Shown: positions 40,143-49,573 of the stretch, piece after piece
Layout of the letters: the number at the start of each line of letters is the position of its first letter
Position numbering within the stretch: the first letter of the stretch is position 1
Assembly (NCBI GenBank): GCA_001782235.1
Contig: MFOC01000004.1
Coordinates: 115,328-179,327, forward strand
Source: Candidatus Levybacteria bacterium RIFCSPHIGHO2_02_FULL_40_18
GTDB lineage: Bacteria > Patescibacteriota > Microgenomatia > Levybacterales > GWA1-39-11
Length of the DNA stretch: 64,000 nucleotides
Direction of reading: 5' to 3'
Translations under genes and position numbers: made by a program
Notes under the pieces: model-generated
Seen by the model: the letters and a program-made list of their open reading frames with translations, nothing else
Database searches by the model: none
What the model was told of the DNA's origin: nothing

Positions 40143-41339
40143 CTATTGGATTTGCGAGATAAGGCTATAAATTGGCGTTATAACCGACAATATCAAGAAT
40201 GCTATCGAAACTCCCAAAGCAATTATAAGAATGGGTTCGATAGCAGTCGTTAAGGTTCTGATTCTTAGGTCAAGATCGCGTTCGAAATATTCGGATATTT
40301 TAAGCAGGCTTTCATCGATTTTTCCCGTAGACTCGCCAACTCTCGCCATCTGAACAAGCATTGGAGGGAAAATTTTTTCATGCGAAAAAGCATCCGAAAG
40401 AGAAACTCCCTTTTCAACCATCTCGGATGCTGAGAGAATAGAACTTTTATACCAATAATTGCCCGCTATGGCGGCTGTGATGTTGAGACCTTCAATAATT
40501 GACACACCGGAACTTATAAGTAGAGATAGGGTTCTTGTAGTCTCGTCCAGTATCGCCAAGGTAAAAATATTTCCAATCACAGGGAGTCTAAGTTTTATTC
40601 TATCTATGATTTTTACTCCTTCGCTTGTTCTTTTAAATCTTTTATACAAAATAAACGCAGCTATCGGACCAACAATCCAAACAGGCCAAAAAGTAGTGAA
40701 TGTTCTCGAAATTCCAAGAACTATTTTTGTAGTTAAGGGCAATTCAAGACCTAAATTTTCATATAAGGTTCCAAGCTGGGGTATAACAAAAATGTTCATA
40801 ATTACAACTACGATGATCATTCCGGTTACTACAATTGCAGGATAAAACATAGCAGATCTTACTCTCTTTTTAAGATCCTCCTCTTTCTCCATATTATCCG
40901 CTAGACGCGCCAAAACCTTATCAAGCAACCCGCCCTTTTCTGCCGCTTTTATTAACGCAATGTAAACATCCGAAAAGGCTCCTTTGTGATTTGAGAGCGC
41001 ATCAGAAAAGGGTTTCCCCTCGGAAATCTGAGAGATAAGATCATTAATAAGTTCCTGCATGCTAGGTTTATTTCCCTGGTCCTTCAAGACCTTTAAAGAT
41101 TCTATAAGCGTAAGACCTGTTAGGATCATTGAGGCTAGCTGTCTTGTAAACAAAACTATATCCGAGTTTTTAATACCGCGCCCCAATAATAAGACAGCGT
41201 GTTTTTCAACTTTCCTAAGAGAAAGCGGTGTTATGCCGTTTGAGCGCAAAAAATCTATAACTTCTTTTTCGTTATTTGCCTCAAGCTTCCCCTTTTGCTT
41301 TATGGAGTTTTTGTCAACTCCGGTATATATAAATTCCAT
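40143..41339 (-). CDS. pilC: type IV pilus platform protein (GspF/PilC)
   Basis: FTRQLASM, AEKGG, YP, GESTG, EP motifs. Confidence 0.93.
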   Translation of the reverse strand: MEFIYTGVDKNSIKQKGKLEANNEKEVIDFLRSNGITPLSLRKVEKHAVLLLGRGIKNSDIVLFTRQLASMILTGLTLIESLKVLKDQGNKPSMQELINDLISQISEGKPFSDALSNHKGAFSDVYIALIKAAEKGGLLDKVLARLADNMEKEEDLKKRVRSAMFYPAIVVTGMIIVVVIMNIFVIPQLGTLYENLGLELPLTTKIVLGISRTFTTFWPVWIVGPIAAFILYKRFKRTSEGVKIIDRIKLRLPVIGNIFTLAILDETTRTLSLLISSGVSIIEGLNITAAIAGNYWYKSSILSASEMVEKGVSLSDAFSHEKIFPPMLVQMARVGESTGKIDESLLKISEYFERDLDLRIRTLTTAIEPILIIALGVSIAFLILSVITPIYSLISQIQ

Positions 41340-41449
41340 GTTTTGCTACATTAATTCGGCCCCCACGCCTGTCCGCTTCGCTTGCAGGCGAGCTCCTTCG
41401 CTCTGCTCGGTCCGCTCCCGCGGCGCGGTCTAAGGGATCGTGGGACCTC

Positions 41450-42517
41450 TTAGCTTATTAGCTGATTAAAGGCTTCTTGTCGCAAGACGTAGGATCTTGC
41501 AACTTCAAGAGTGATTACACCCTCTTTTACAAGAGTTGCAAGTGTTGTTTCAAGAGGAATCATTCCTATATCCTGGGAAGTTTCTATTATAGAATCTATT
41601 AAATGAGTTTTTGCTTCGCGAATATTTGACTTGATTGCATTATTTGCAATCAATACTTCACATGCAACGATTCTCCCACCACTAATTTTGGGGATTAGCC
41701 GTTGAGAAACAATTCCTGCAAGGCTTGCAGAAAGTTGTGCTCTTATTTGGTTTTGTTGTTTTTCGGGAAATGAGTCTATGATTCTGTCTATAGTTTGGGA
41801 TGCGGAGTTTGTATGAAGCGTTGAAAAAACCAGATGCCCGGTTTCTGCCATTGTTATCGCAGATGCAACGCTTTCAGGATCTCTCATTTCGCCGATAAGA
41901 ATAACATCGGGGTCTTCTCGGAGGGCGGATCTAAGAGCCTCAGCCCATGATAGCGTATCCTGCCCAATTTCACGCTGGGAGATAATTGATTTCCCTTTTT
42001 GATAAACATATTCAATTGGATCCTCGATCGTTATAATATTTGCTTCATTCGCCATGTTTATTTCATTAATTATAGATGCAATAGTTGTAGATTTGCCGTG
42101 TCCTGTAGGGCCTGTGACCACGATAAAGCCCTGTTTCAGCTTTGCAAAATAGTGACAAATCTCTGGGAGAGAGAGATCTTCTATAGTTTTAACAGTTGGA
42201 GGCAGCAGCCTGAAAGCTGCGGCAATTGTTCCTCTTTGATAATAAATATTTATTCTAAATCTTCCTCTTTCTCCGTAGTCTCCCCCACCAAACCCATAGG
42301 AGAAATCAAGAGCCTTATTGTTCAAAAATAATTCCTTTTGTTCGGCAGTCAAAATTGAAAAAACCAAGCTTTCTATATCTTCTCTTGACAGTTCCGGATA
42401 GGTTGACATTGGAGATAACTTACCGTCCACTCTGATTGTCGGAACAACGCCCGCAACAAAATGTAAATCAGATGCGCCCGCAGCAATAGTTTTTTCAAAT
42501 AATTCCGTAATAGTCAT
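41450..42517 (-). CDS. pilT: type IV pilus retraction ATPase
   Basis: ASDLH, GPTGHGKST, EDPIEY, ALREDPD, AETGH, STLH, NIRE. Confidence 0.95.
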   Translation of the reverse strand: MTITELFEKTIAAGASDLHFVAGVVPTIRVDGKLSPMSTYPELSREDIESLVFSILTAEQKELFLNNKALDFSYGFGGGDYGERGRFRINIYYQRGTIAAAFRLLPPTVKTIEDLSLPEICHYFAKLKQGFIVVTGPTGHGKSTTIASIINEINMANEANIITIEDPIEYVYQKGKSIISQREIGQDTLSWAEALRSALREDPDVILIGEMRDPESVASAITMAETGHLVFSTLHTNSASQTIDRIIDSFPEKQQNQIRAQLSASLAGIVSQRLIPKISGGRIVACEVLIANNAIKSNIREAKTHLIDSIIETSQDIGMIPLETTLATLVKEGVITLEVARSYVLRQEAFNQLIS

Positions 42518-42604
42518 ATCTAGTGATCAAGACTAAAAGAATTAGTGATAAGTCAAGTTCAAATCTTAATCATTTTAGTCCTTTAGTCCTAAATTCTTAG
42601 TGAG

Positions 42605-44362
42605 TTATTCTTGTGCAACTCTTAATATTTCGTCTATTGTTGAGATGCCTTCTAAGACCTTAAGATATCCATCCTGTTTCATAGTTATCATTCCCTCAGA
42701 TCTTGCCTGTTTTTCGATTCCCGAGGCATCAGACTTTGTCAATACGAGTTTTGCAACTGATTCGCTTACGGGCAAAACTTCAAAAATTCCTATTCGTCCC
42801 GAATACCCTGAATGTCCGCAATAATCACATCCTTCTCCTTTATAGAGCTTAACATCATCATCTGGGGTCGTCATAAGTTCTCCCAAAGTCTTGCGAAGCT
42901 CATTTACGAGTTCCCGAGGCGGCTTAGATTCACGCCTGCAGTGATTGCAGATTCTTCTGGCAATTCGCTGGCCAACTATGGCGTTCATTGTTGATGCGAG
43001 GAGAAAAGTCTCGGCCCCCATATCAAATAAACGAGGCAATGCTCCCGAGGCACTTGATGTATGAAGCGTTGAGAATACAAGATGCCCTGTAAGGGATGCC
43101 TGTATGGCAAGATCCGTAGTTTCTTTGTCCCGAATCTCTCCTACCAATATAATATTTGGATCCTGCCGAAGAAAAGCGCGAAGACCCGTTGCAAAAGTAA
43201 GTCCTACATCCGGATTTATTTGTACCTGATTTGTTCCTGCGATTTGATACTCGACAGGATCTTCCAGAGTCAAAATATTGACCCGCGTTGTATTAAGTTT
43301 TGAAAGAACCGAGTAAAGCGTGGTTGTTTTCCCTGAACCGGTTGGGCCGCAGACAATAATTATTCCATGGGGACGCAAGATTGATGCCTCAAGATTTCTC
43401 AGAGCGGTTCCTCGAAGGCCCAATTCCGGCAAAGTCGGCACTCCGCCCGATTTCTTAAGTAGTCTCATTACTATCTTTTCGCCAAAAGAAGTTGGAAGCG
43501 TTGATACACGAAGGTCCACCTCTTCATCTCCAAATTTAAAGTTAAATCTTCCATCCTGAGGAATGCGATGCTCGTCAATTTTCATATCTGACAAAATCTT
43601 AATCCTTGAAATTACTGCCTCCCTAACCTGATATGGCAAAGAGAGTCTTTCGTATAAGATTCCATCGATTCTGTATCTTACTCTCACGCGATCTTCCTGA
43701 GGTTCAAGATGAACATCTGATGCCTTGCTTTTTATTGCATATTCAAGAATTGTAGAAACAATTTTTGCAATAGGCGCTTCTTTAATAACTTGCGCCAAGC
43801 TCCTTTTGTCAAATGTTTTTACTCCTATCTGTTCTGTTTCGGCAAGCGCCTCTTTTACTTCTCCAACCAAACCGAACGTATACTGATTTTGAATGGCGGT
43901 TTTTATGTCCGCCGGTATTGCCTGAAAAGTTGAAATTATTGCACCGGTTTTTTGCTTTAGAAAATTAACCGTCTCAAGATCAAGAGGATCAGACATTGCG
44001 ACCGAAAGGGTATTCCTTTCCTTATCGTATGCAAAGGGTATGATTATAAACCTTTCAGCAACCGCCTTTGGGACAAAACTTAAAGCCTCGGGAGAAAAAG
44101 GTAGGGCGGCGATTGAGACATACGGAATGCCTATAAGTTTCGCGCGCGCTTCATAATATCTACCCTCGGTAACTACTTGTGAATCAAGAAGCGCGCGATC
44201 AATTGATACATTGCTATTCAAAGATTCTGTTCTAAGTTTATTGTATTGATCTTGCGTTATTAGTTTTTCTTCAAGCAATATTTGCGTAACGCTTCTCTCT
44301 TGCACCGACTGACCGTCTGTCGATCCCGCTGTCTGGCCTATTGGCATAGTTTGTCCATCCAT
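42605..44362 (-). CDS. pilB: type IV pilus assembly ATPase (GspE/PilB)
   Basis: PQDGR, GPTGSGKTT, LRQDP, CNHC...CDYC zinc motif. Confidence 0.95.
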   Translation of the reverse strand: MDGQTMPIGQTAGSTDGQSVQERSVTQILLEEKLITQDQYNKLRTESLNSNVSIDRALLDSQVVTEGRYYEARAKLIGIPYVSIAALPFSPEALSFVPKAVAERFIIIPFAYDKERNTLSVAMSDPLDLETVNFLKQKTGAIISTFQAIPADIKTAIQNQYTFGLVGEVKEALAETEQIGVKTFDKRSLAQVIKEAPIAKIVSTILEYAIKSKASDVHLEPQEDRVRVRYRIDGILYERLSLPYQVREAVISRIKILSDMKIDEHRIPQDGRFNFKFGDEEVDLRVSTLPTSFGEKIVMRLLKKSGGVPTLPELGLRGTALRNLEASILRPHGIIIVCGPTGSGKTTTLYSVLSKLNTTRVNILTLEDPVEYQIAGTNQVQINPDVGLTFATGLRAFLRQDPNIILVGEIRDKETTDLAIQASLTGHLVFSTLHTSSASGALPRLFDMGAETFLLASTMNAIVGQRIARRICNHCRRESKPPRELVNELRKTLGELMTTPDDDVKLYKGEGCDYCGHSGYSGRIGIFEVLPVSESVAKLVLTKSDASGIEKQARSEGMITMKQDGYLKVLEGISTIDEILRVAQE

Positions 44363-44476
44363 ACAAATAAATAGCTACATAGCTGAATAGTTACATAGTT
44401 CTAAAACCATTTTGACCATTTTAGCTATATAACTATTTCATATTTAATCGTATTAGATTTGTTGATATAATGTCAA

Positions 44477-44555
44477 CCCTGTTGGAGACTTAAGAAAAAT
44501 AATTTGGTAAAATTATTTTTCTCTTACCGTTATTGCAATTGTGTCTCTAACGGGG
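44477..44555. mobile_element. 79-bp MITE with TCAA target duplication
   Basis: TCAA|CCCTGTTGGAGAC...GTCTCTAACGGGG|TCAA with an inner GAAAAATAATT/AATTATTTTTT inverted repeat. Confidence 0.8.
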
Positions 44556-44560
44556 TCAAT

Positions 44561-45202
44561 ATGACTGGCTATGTTTTAATAGGCGATTTAGAGTCTAAAA
44601 ATAATTTTGTTGCAAACTTTATTAAAAAGGAAGACATTTCAAGCTACAATTTGTTTGATTATAAAGAGATATTAAAAATCCCAGAGGTGCGCGAAATCAA
44701 AAAGCTTCTTTCAAAAAAAGCCTTTTCGGGGAAGAGGCGGCTTTTTATAATTCGAGATGCGACTATTGCCGCGCAGAATGCCCTTCTTAAGACGTTAGAA
44801 GAATTACCCGAAGATACATACTTCATTTTTTTAGAAGAGACAATATTAATCCCAACCATACTTTCGAGAGTACGTTTATTAAAGTTTGAGAGGAAAAAAC
44901 CAAGAATAGATAGGGACCTTGAGACTATATTAGGAAATTTTATTAGCGGGAAAAAAGATCTATCCTCCGCTCTTCTATTGGCAGACAGATTATTCTCCCA
45001 AAATCCCAACTTAACACTTAATGATCTTACGCTCTGCTTAAGAGAAATTCTTTTCAAACAAATTAAACAAGGAGATTTAGAAAAAACTAATTTTGTCTTG
45101 AGATTTCTTAAGTCTTTATACCAGTACATTCCGCTTACCGATAGCAACAATTTAAATAAAAGACTTGCGCTTGAAAGGATTCTGCTTGAAATTGCCTCTT
45201 GA
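44561..45202 (+). CDS. holB: DNA polymerase III delta-prime-like protein (short form)
   Basis: AQNALLKTLEE, PTILSR; Walker A region reduced. Confidence 0.7.
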   Translation: MTGYVLIGDLESKNNFVANFIKKEDISSYNLFDYKEILKIPEVREIKKLLSKKAFSGKRRLFIIRDATIAAQNALLKTLEELPEDTYFIFLEETILIPTILSRVRLLKFERKKPRIDRDLETILGNFISGKKDLSSALLLADRLFSQNPNLTLNDLTLCLREILFKQIKQGDLEKTNFVLRFLKSLYQYIPLTDSNNLNKRLALERILLEIAS

Positions 45203-45228
45203 CAATGCTTTTGCTTTTTGTTTATGCT
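45199..45228 (+). promoter_or_regulatory. promoter of the pilin operon
   Basis: TTGACA-18-TATGCT upstream of ATG 45246. Confidence 0.65.
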
Positions 45229-45245
45229 TTTAACAGAGTAAATTT

Positions 45246-45821
45246 ATGAAGTTATCTGCCCATCAAGCACTTCGGCGCGGCCTAGCCGTGAGCTTTTCGA
45301 AGGGGTTCACCCTCATTGAGCTTCTTGTAGTTATTGCAGTTATTGGAGTCCTAGCAGCAATTGTTCTTCTTGCGGTAAACCCGGGCGAACAACTCTCTCG
45401 AGGCCGCGATACCTCAAGAATCGCAGCGGTTACTCAACTTGGCCGTGCTCTTCAAGGCTATTACACGGCAAATAACGGCACTTTTCCAACGCAAGGAACC
45501 ACATGGATAACTACACTTGTTACCTCGGGCGATGTTAAGGTAGCGCCCGTTAATCCGGCATATTCAATTGCGCCTGTTGCCCCAATTTGTACCTATGCGT
45601 CTTATGCACAAGGCGGTACGGTGACAGGTTATTGCTATAGAGCTACGGCCACAGATGCCATTATCTTCGTTAAACTCGAATCGACCCTTTATGATGGAAA
45701 ATGTGTCGCAGGTGAAGATGTTTTCTACGCCTTCTCAACAGCAGACGCAAGAGCAGGTGGGGTCTGTAGAACTGCTGCAGCCGGAGAGCCTGCTGTCGGT
45801 ACGCAAACATTTGTCTTCTAA
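45246..45821 (+). CDS. type IV prepilin (likely the major pilin)
   Basis: KG|FTLIELLVVIAVIGVL; first gene behind its own promoter. Confidence 0.92.
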   Translation: MKLSAHQALRRGLAVSFSKGFTLIELLVVIAVIGVLAAIVLLAVNPGEQLSRGRDTSRIAAVTQLGRALQGYYTANNGTFPTQGTTWITTLVTSGDVKVAPVNPAYSIAPVAPICTYASYAQGGTVTGYCYRATATDAIIFVKLESTLYDGKCVAGEDVFYAFSTADARAGGVCRTAAAGEPAVGTQTFVF

Positions 45822-45874
45822 AATCTTTCTCGGCCCAAGTTTACTTTGACTCCCTATTCGTCTAAAATTTTTAT

Positions 45875-46651
45875 ATGAGTTTATTTTTCTTGAGCCTTTT
45901 TGCTTTTGTTTTTGGTGCCTGCCTTGGGAGTTTTTTGGGTGTTTTAGTAGATCGTGCATCAACTGGGGAACAGGTACTACGCGGTCGGTCGAAATGCGAA
46001 CATTGCCGTAAGGTTCTCGAAACACGCGATCTTATACCTATAGTTTCCTATGTTTTACTCAAAGGCCGATGTCGCCATTGCAATTCAAAAATACCTCTTC
46101 GAGTATTACTGATAGAAGTAACAGGAGGCATGATTGCCTCCGGTCTTTTTTTGTATGCATATTTTACAGGTTTAAATATAATCGAGCTCATATTGCTTCT
46201 TGCGGTGTTCTTCTCGCTTGTTGGGATTTTTTTTGCGGATTTTTCTTACGGAATAATTCCGGATGAGTTTGTCGCTACGATTATTCTTTCAAGTCTATTT
46301 CTGTTAATTTCTTACCCCCAAAATCTTTTTCAAAACCTTATAGTAAATATTATTACTGGCTTTTTAGTATTTTCCTTTTTCCTTGTGATTTTTCTTTTAA
46401 CACGCGGGCGCGGAATGGGGTTTGGAGACGTAAAGCTTTCCTTTGCAATAGGATTATTTCTTGGATTTCCTAAAACTATAGTGGCTTTATATGTCGCATT
46501 CTTGACAGGAATGTTTATATCCATAATACTAGTATTACTGGGCAAAAAGAAATTAAGAGGTGATTCAATTGCTTTTGGGCCCTTTCTGGTCATAGGAGCC
46601 GTAATTGGATATTTTTTCGGAATCCAAATTCTGAACCTATTTTTTAAATGA
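45875..46651 (+). CDS. pilD: prepilin peptidase (A24)
   Basis: GSFL, RSKCEHC...LIPIVSY...CRHC, GMGFGDVK, FGPFL. Confidence 0.95.
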   Translation: MSLFFLSLFAFVFGACLGSFLGVLVDRASTGEQVLRGRSKCEHCRKVLETRDLIPIVSYVLLKGRCRHCNSKIPLRVLLIEVTGGMIASGLFLYAYFTGLNIIELILLLAVFFSLVGIFFADFSYGIIPDEFVATIILSSLFLLISYPQNLFQNLIVNIITGFLVFSFFLVIFLLTRGRGMGFGDVKLSFAIGLFLGFPKTIVALYVAFLTGMFISIILVLLGKKKLRGDSIAFGPFLVIGAVIGYFFGIQILNLFFK

Positions 46652-47211
46652 AGAAAAATTTCTTATTTCTTATTTCTCAATTCTCAATTACCAAAGGTTT
46701 TACCCTCATGGAACTTTTAACTGCAATGGGAATCTTGGGAATTTTAGCCTCCGGTCTTATTATTGCTATTAATCCTGTTGAACAGTTTAAAAAAAATCGC
46801 GATGCGCAAAGGAAAAATGATTTTGCGCAGCTTCAGCGGGCGCTTGAAACGTATTACAATGATTATGGACGTTATCCTCCAAGTTCCGGCAGTCCAAATT
46901 ACCGTATCAATGCGTCAGACTGTGGTGGATCACCATGCCAATGGGGAGGAAGCTTTGGTCCCTACATGAACAAACTGCCAAAAGATCCTGTTTCAACGCA
47001 GACATATAGGTATGTTGTTTCCGACTCAAATGGACAATCCTATAGAGTATATGCGAGCCTTGAGCGCAAAAACCTTGACCTGCAAGTATGTAATCCTGAC
47101 GGCAATCCGGCAACTGATGATCCTTGCGCAAATGTTCCGGTCGGCGTTACATGCGGCACTGCCACAAATGTGTGTAATTATGGAGCATCAAGCTCCAACG
47201 TGAGTCCCTAA
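46648..47211 (+). CDS. type IV prepilin (GspG-like)
   Basis: KG|FTLMELL, RDAQRK, ALETYY...YP, PKDP. Confidence 0.9.
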   Translation: MKKNFLFLISQFSITKGFTLMELLTAMGILGILASGLIIAINPVEQFKKNRDAQRKNDFAQLQRALETYYNDYGRYPPSSGSPNYRINASDCGGSPCQWGGSFGPYMNKLPKDPVSTQTYRYVVSDSNGQSYRVYASLERKNLDLQVCNPDGNPATDDPCANVPVGVTCGTATNVCNYGASSSNVSP

Positions 47212-47248
47212 TTTGTATAAAGTATAAAGTATTAAGTATTGTGTATAT

Positions 47249-47770
47249 ATGAAAAAAGAATCCAGAAAGGGGTTTACCCAGCACCATTTTCGCAATTTGA
47301 TAGAATACTGTAAAAATGGTGCTGGGTTTACTCTCGTTGAGCTTTTGGTTGTTATCGTAATTATCTCGGTTCTTGCTGGCCTATTAGTGTCGAATTTTAT
47401 AGGAGTACGCCTGCGTGGCCGCGACGCTCAGAGGAAAAGTGATCTTGCTCAGATACAATCGGCTCTTGAACTCTACCGCGCTGACAACGGCTACTATCCG
47501 GCAACGCTCTACTCAACCGCGTGTCCCACTTCAGGATCATTCTCATATAATTCGATCGTATATATGCGAAAAATTCCGTGTGACCCCCTTCAAAAAACAA
47601 ATTATACATATACGGCCGCTCCGGCTGGTTGTTCGACTGATTGTACAACCTATAGAATCTACGCTTGCCTTGAAAACACCAACGATTCTAACAAAGACGC
47701 CAATGACGGACAGGCAGGGGATCTTTGCACAAGTGCAGGAGTCGTATCCTACACGGTAATAAACCCCTGA
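47249..47770 (+). CDS. type IV prepilin (GspG-like) with a MITE in the leader
   Basis: AG|FTLVELLVV, RDAQRKSDL, ALELY. Confidence 0.9.
   Translation: MKKESRKGFTQHHFRNLIEYCKNGAGFTLVELLVVIVIISVLAGLLVSNFIGVRLRGRDAQRKSDLAQIQSALELYRADNGYYPATLYSTACPTSGSFSYNSIVYMRKIPCDPLQKTNYTYTAAPAGCSTDCTTYRIYACLENTNDSNKDANDGQAGDLCTSAGVVSYTVINP
47277..47326. mobile_element. 50-bp MITE with TTTA duplication, in-frame in the prepilin leader
   Basis: TTTA|CCCAGCACCATTTT...AAAATGGTGCTGGG|TTTA. Confidence 0.85.
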
Positions 47771-47773
47771 AAA

Positions 47774-48355
47774 ATGTCAAATGTCAAATGTCAAATGTCA
47801 AATGTACGGTCAAGAACAGGATTTACCCAGCACCATTTTCGCAATTTGATAGAATACTGTAAAAATGGTGCTGGGTTTACTCTCGTTGAGCTTTTGGTTG
47901 TTTTTTCTCTGATGTCAATCGTCTCAGGTCTTGGATTTGCCTCTTTTATGTCATACTCGAGAAGACAAGTAATTGTCCAGGCGGCTTCAAATTTTAAACA
48001 GACAATAGATCTTGCACGTTTTAATGCTCTCTCGCAGGTTAAGCCTGAAACATGTAGTTCAGGCGACGAGCTTTCAAATTTTAAGGTAAATATTTGCCTT
48101 AATGCAATTTGTCTAAACTCAGGCGTAGATTATGAAATGAATGTTACGTGCGCAGGGCTTGAGCAAGTATATGTTAAAAAAACATTGCCTCAAGGTGTTA
48201 CCTTCTCAAACGTTCCCGGGAACCCGGCGTGCGCAACTTTAACGTTTAATGCCCTTACAGGCGTTGCTCAAGGATTACCCTGTGAGATCTATATTAACGG
48301 ATATGGAAATCAAGTGATATTTTCAGTTGATAGCAATGGTCATGTATCATATTAA
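47774..48355 (+). CDS. minor type IV prepilin (FimT/GspH-like) with a MITE and a heptamer repeat in the leader
   Basis: AG|FTLVELLVV; ARFNAL. Confidence 0.88.
   Translation: MSNVKCQMSNVRSRTGFTQHHFRNLIEYCKNGAGFTLVELLVVFSLMSIVSGLGFASFMSYSRRQVIVQAASNFKQTIDLARFNALSQVKPETCSSGDELSNFKVNICLNAICLNSGVDYEMNVTCAGLEQVYVKKTLPQGVTFSNVPGNPACATLTFNALTGVAQGLPCEIYINGYGNQVIFSVDSNGHVSY
47826..47875. mobile_element. 50-bp MITE identical to 47277-47326
   Basis: Identical sequence with the same TTTA flanks. Confidence 0.85.
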
Positions 48356-48848
48356 AAGCAAAAAGGGATTTCTAAACTCTGCTTGTGGCAAAAAGAGCGG
48401 GCAAACACTAGTTGAAGCAACAATTGCTTTGGCGTCAATTCTTCTGACGCTTGCCGCGATTGCAATTGCAATATCAACAAGCGTTAGCAACTCACAATTT
48501 ATTAAGTTGCAATCACAGGCTGCAAAATACGCACAAGATGGGATGGAGCAGCTTAGATATGAAAGAAATACAAGCCCTGCAAACTTCTTTGCAAGAAATG
48601 GGATTTACTGCATGAATGAAGACAGCTCTTTAACTCCCGGATCCTGTACTGCTGTTAATATTGCGAATACTTTTAAGCGCGAGGCGGAATTTACCCAACC
48701 CTCAAATGTTGCGTGTGGGAATAATACAAGGGTTGCCGTGAATGTTTATTGGTCGAGTGGAAAATGCGGCACAACAAACACTTTTTGTCATAAATCACAG
48801 CTTGCATCATGTTTTGCAAATCAAACTGGAACAAGTGACACTCTATGA
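48342..48848 (+). CDS. minor prepilin (PilV-like)
   Basis: SG|QTLVEATIAL; AKYAQDGME. Confidence 0.8.
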   Translation: MYHIKSKKGFLNSACGKKSGQTLVEATIALASILLTLAAIAIAISTSVSNSQFIKLQSQAAKYAQDGMEQLRYERNTSPANFFARNGIYCMNEDSSLTPGSCTAVNIANTFKREAEFTQPSNVACGNNTRVAVNVYWSSGKCGTTNTFCHKSQLASCFANQTGTSDTL

Positions 48849-49393
48849 AAAACCACTTACGTCTTATGTCTAATAAGGGCTATACAATTATCGAACTTCT
48901 AGCTGTGATATCAATCCTGGTAATAGTTGCAGGAATTATTTCAGGAATCATCTATTCGACTCTTCGTGGATCAAGTAAGACAAAAATAACCACGGAAGTT
49001 ACACAAAACGGAAGCTATGCAATTTCGGTTTTAACAAACCTGATATCCTCGTCAACTTCGGTGACCAAAATTGGAGGCGTAGATATTCAAGATTGTACGG
49101 CAAATCCCAACGGAGCATCGATATCTCTTGTGGATATAGATGGGGACGAAAAAATAATTTCATGCAGCGGCAATAATATCCTATCAGGATCAGCATCATT
49201 AATAAACACGAGTCAGGTACAAATAAAAACCAATAGCTGCAAGTTTACCTGCAGTCAGAAAGCAGCTGATCCCTATGCCGTGCCGATTGTGAGCGTAGAA
49301 TTTATAGTTGAAGACAAAAGCACAGGGCTTTTTGAAACAAAATCTTCTTCTCTTTTTAAAACCTCGGTTTCAATGCGCAACTACTCCCCCTAG
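48845..49393 (+). CDS. minor prepilin (PilW-like)
   Basis: KG|YTIIELL; C-terminal VSMRN. Confidence 0.83.
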   Translation: MKNHLRLMSNKGYTIIELLAVISILVIVAGIISGIIYSTLRGSSKTKITTEVTQNGSYAISVLTNLISSSTSVTKIGGVDIQDCTANPNGASISLVDIDGDEKIISCSGNNILSGSASLINTSQVQIKTNSCKFTCSQKAADPYAVPIVSVEFIVEDKSTGLFETKSSSLFKTSVSMRNYSP

Positions 49394-49537
49394 CCCCGTT
49401 AGAAGTGTAATATGGGATCAGCTACGAAAAATAATTCCAGTAGGTATAATTAAACAGGTTTTTTGATATGAAAGACTTTTCTATTGCTTTTGCATGTAAT
49501 AAACCTACGAATTATTTTTCTCAAACTTCTAACGGGG
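49394..49537. mobile_element. 144-bp MITE of the CCCCGTTAGA...TCTAACGGGG family
   Basis: Perfect 13-bp terminal inverted repeat CCCCGTTAGAAGT/ACTTCTAACGGGG; inner GAAAAATAATT inverted repeat shared with the 44477 element. Confidence 0.8.
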
Positions 49538-49567
49538 TTGACAGGCGTCTCGGATTTCTTCTATGAT
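49538..49567 (+). promoter_or_regulatory. promoter for pilX-pilMNO (likely leaderless)
   Basis: TTGACA-18-TATGAT, then 6 nt to ATG 49574. Confidence 0.75.
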
Positions 49568-49573
49568 AGATAT

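Noticed and set aside
44504-44560. Extended N-termini in the ORF track (also 2705, 25755, 49484)
   Set aside because: The upstream TTG starts fall inside palindromic elements; downstream ATGs fit promoter spacing or family starts.
47273-47902. Diversity-generating retroelement TR/VR pair
   Set aside because: The copies are identical with no adenine-specific differences, lie at N-termini, and there is no reverse transcriptase in the window.
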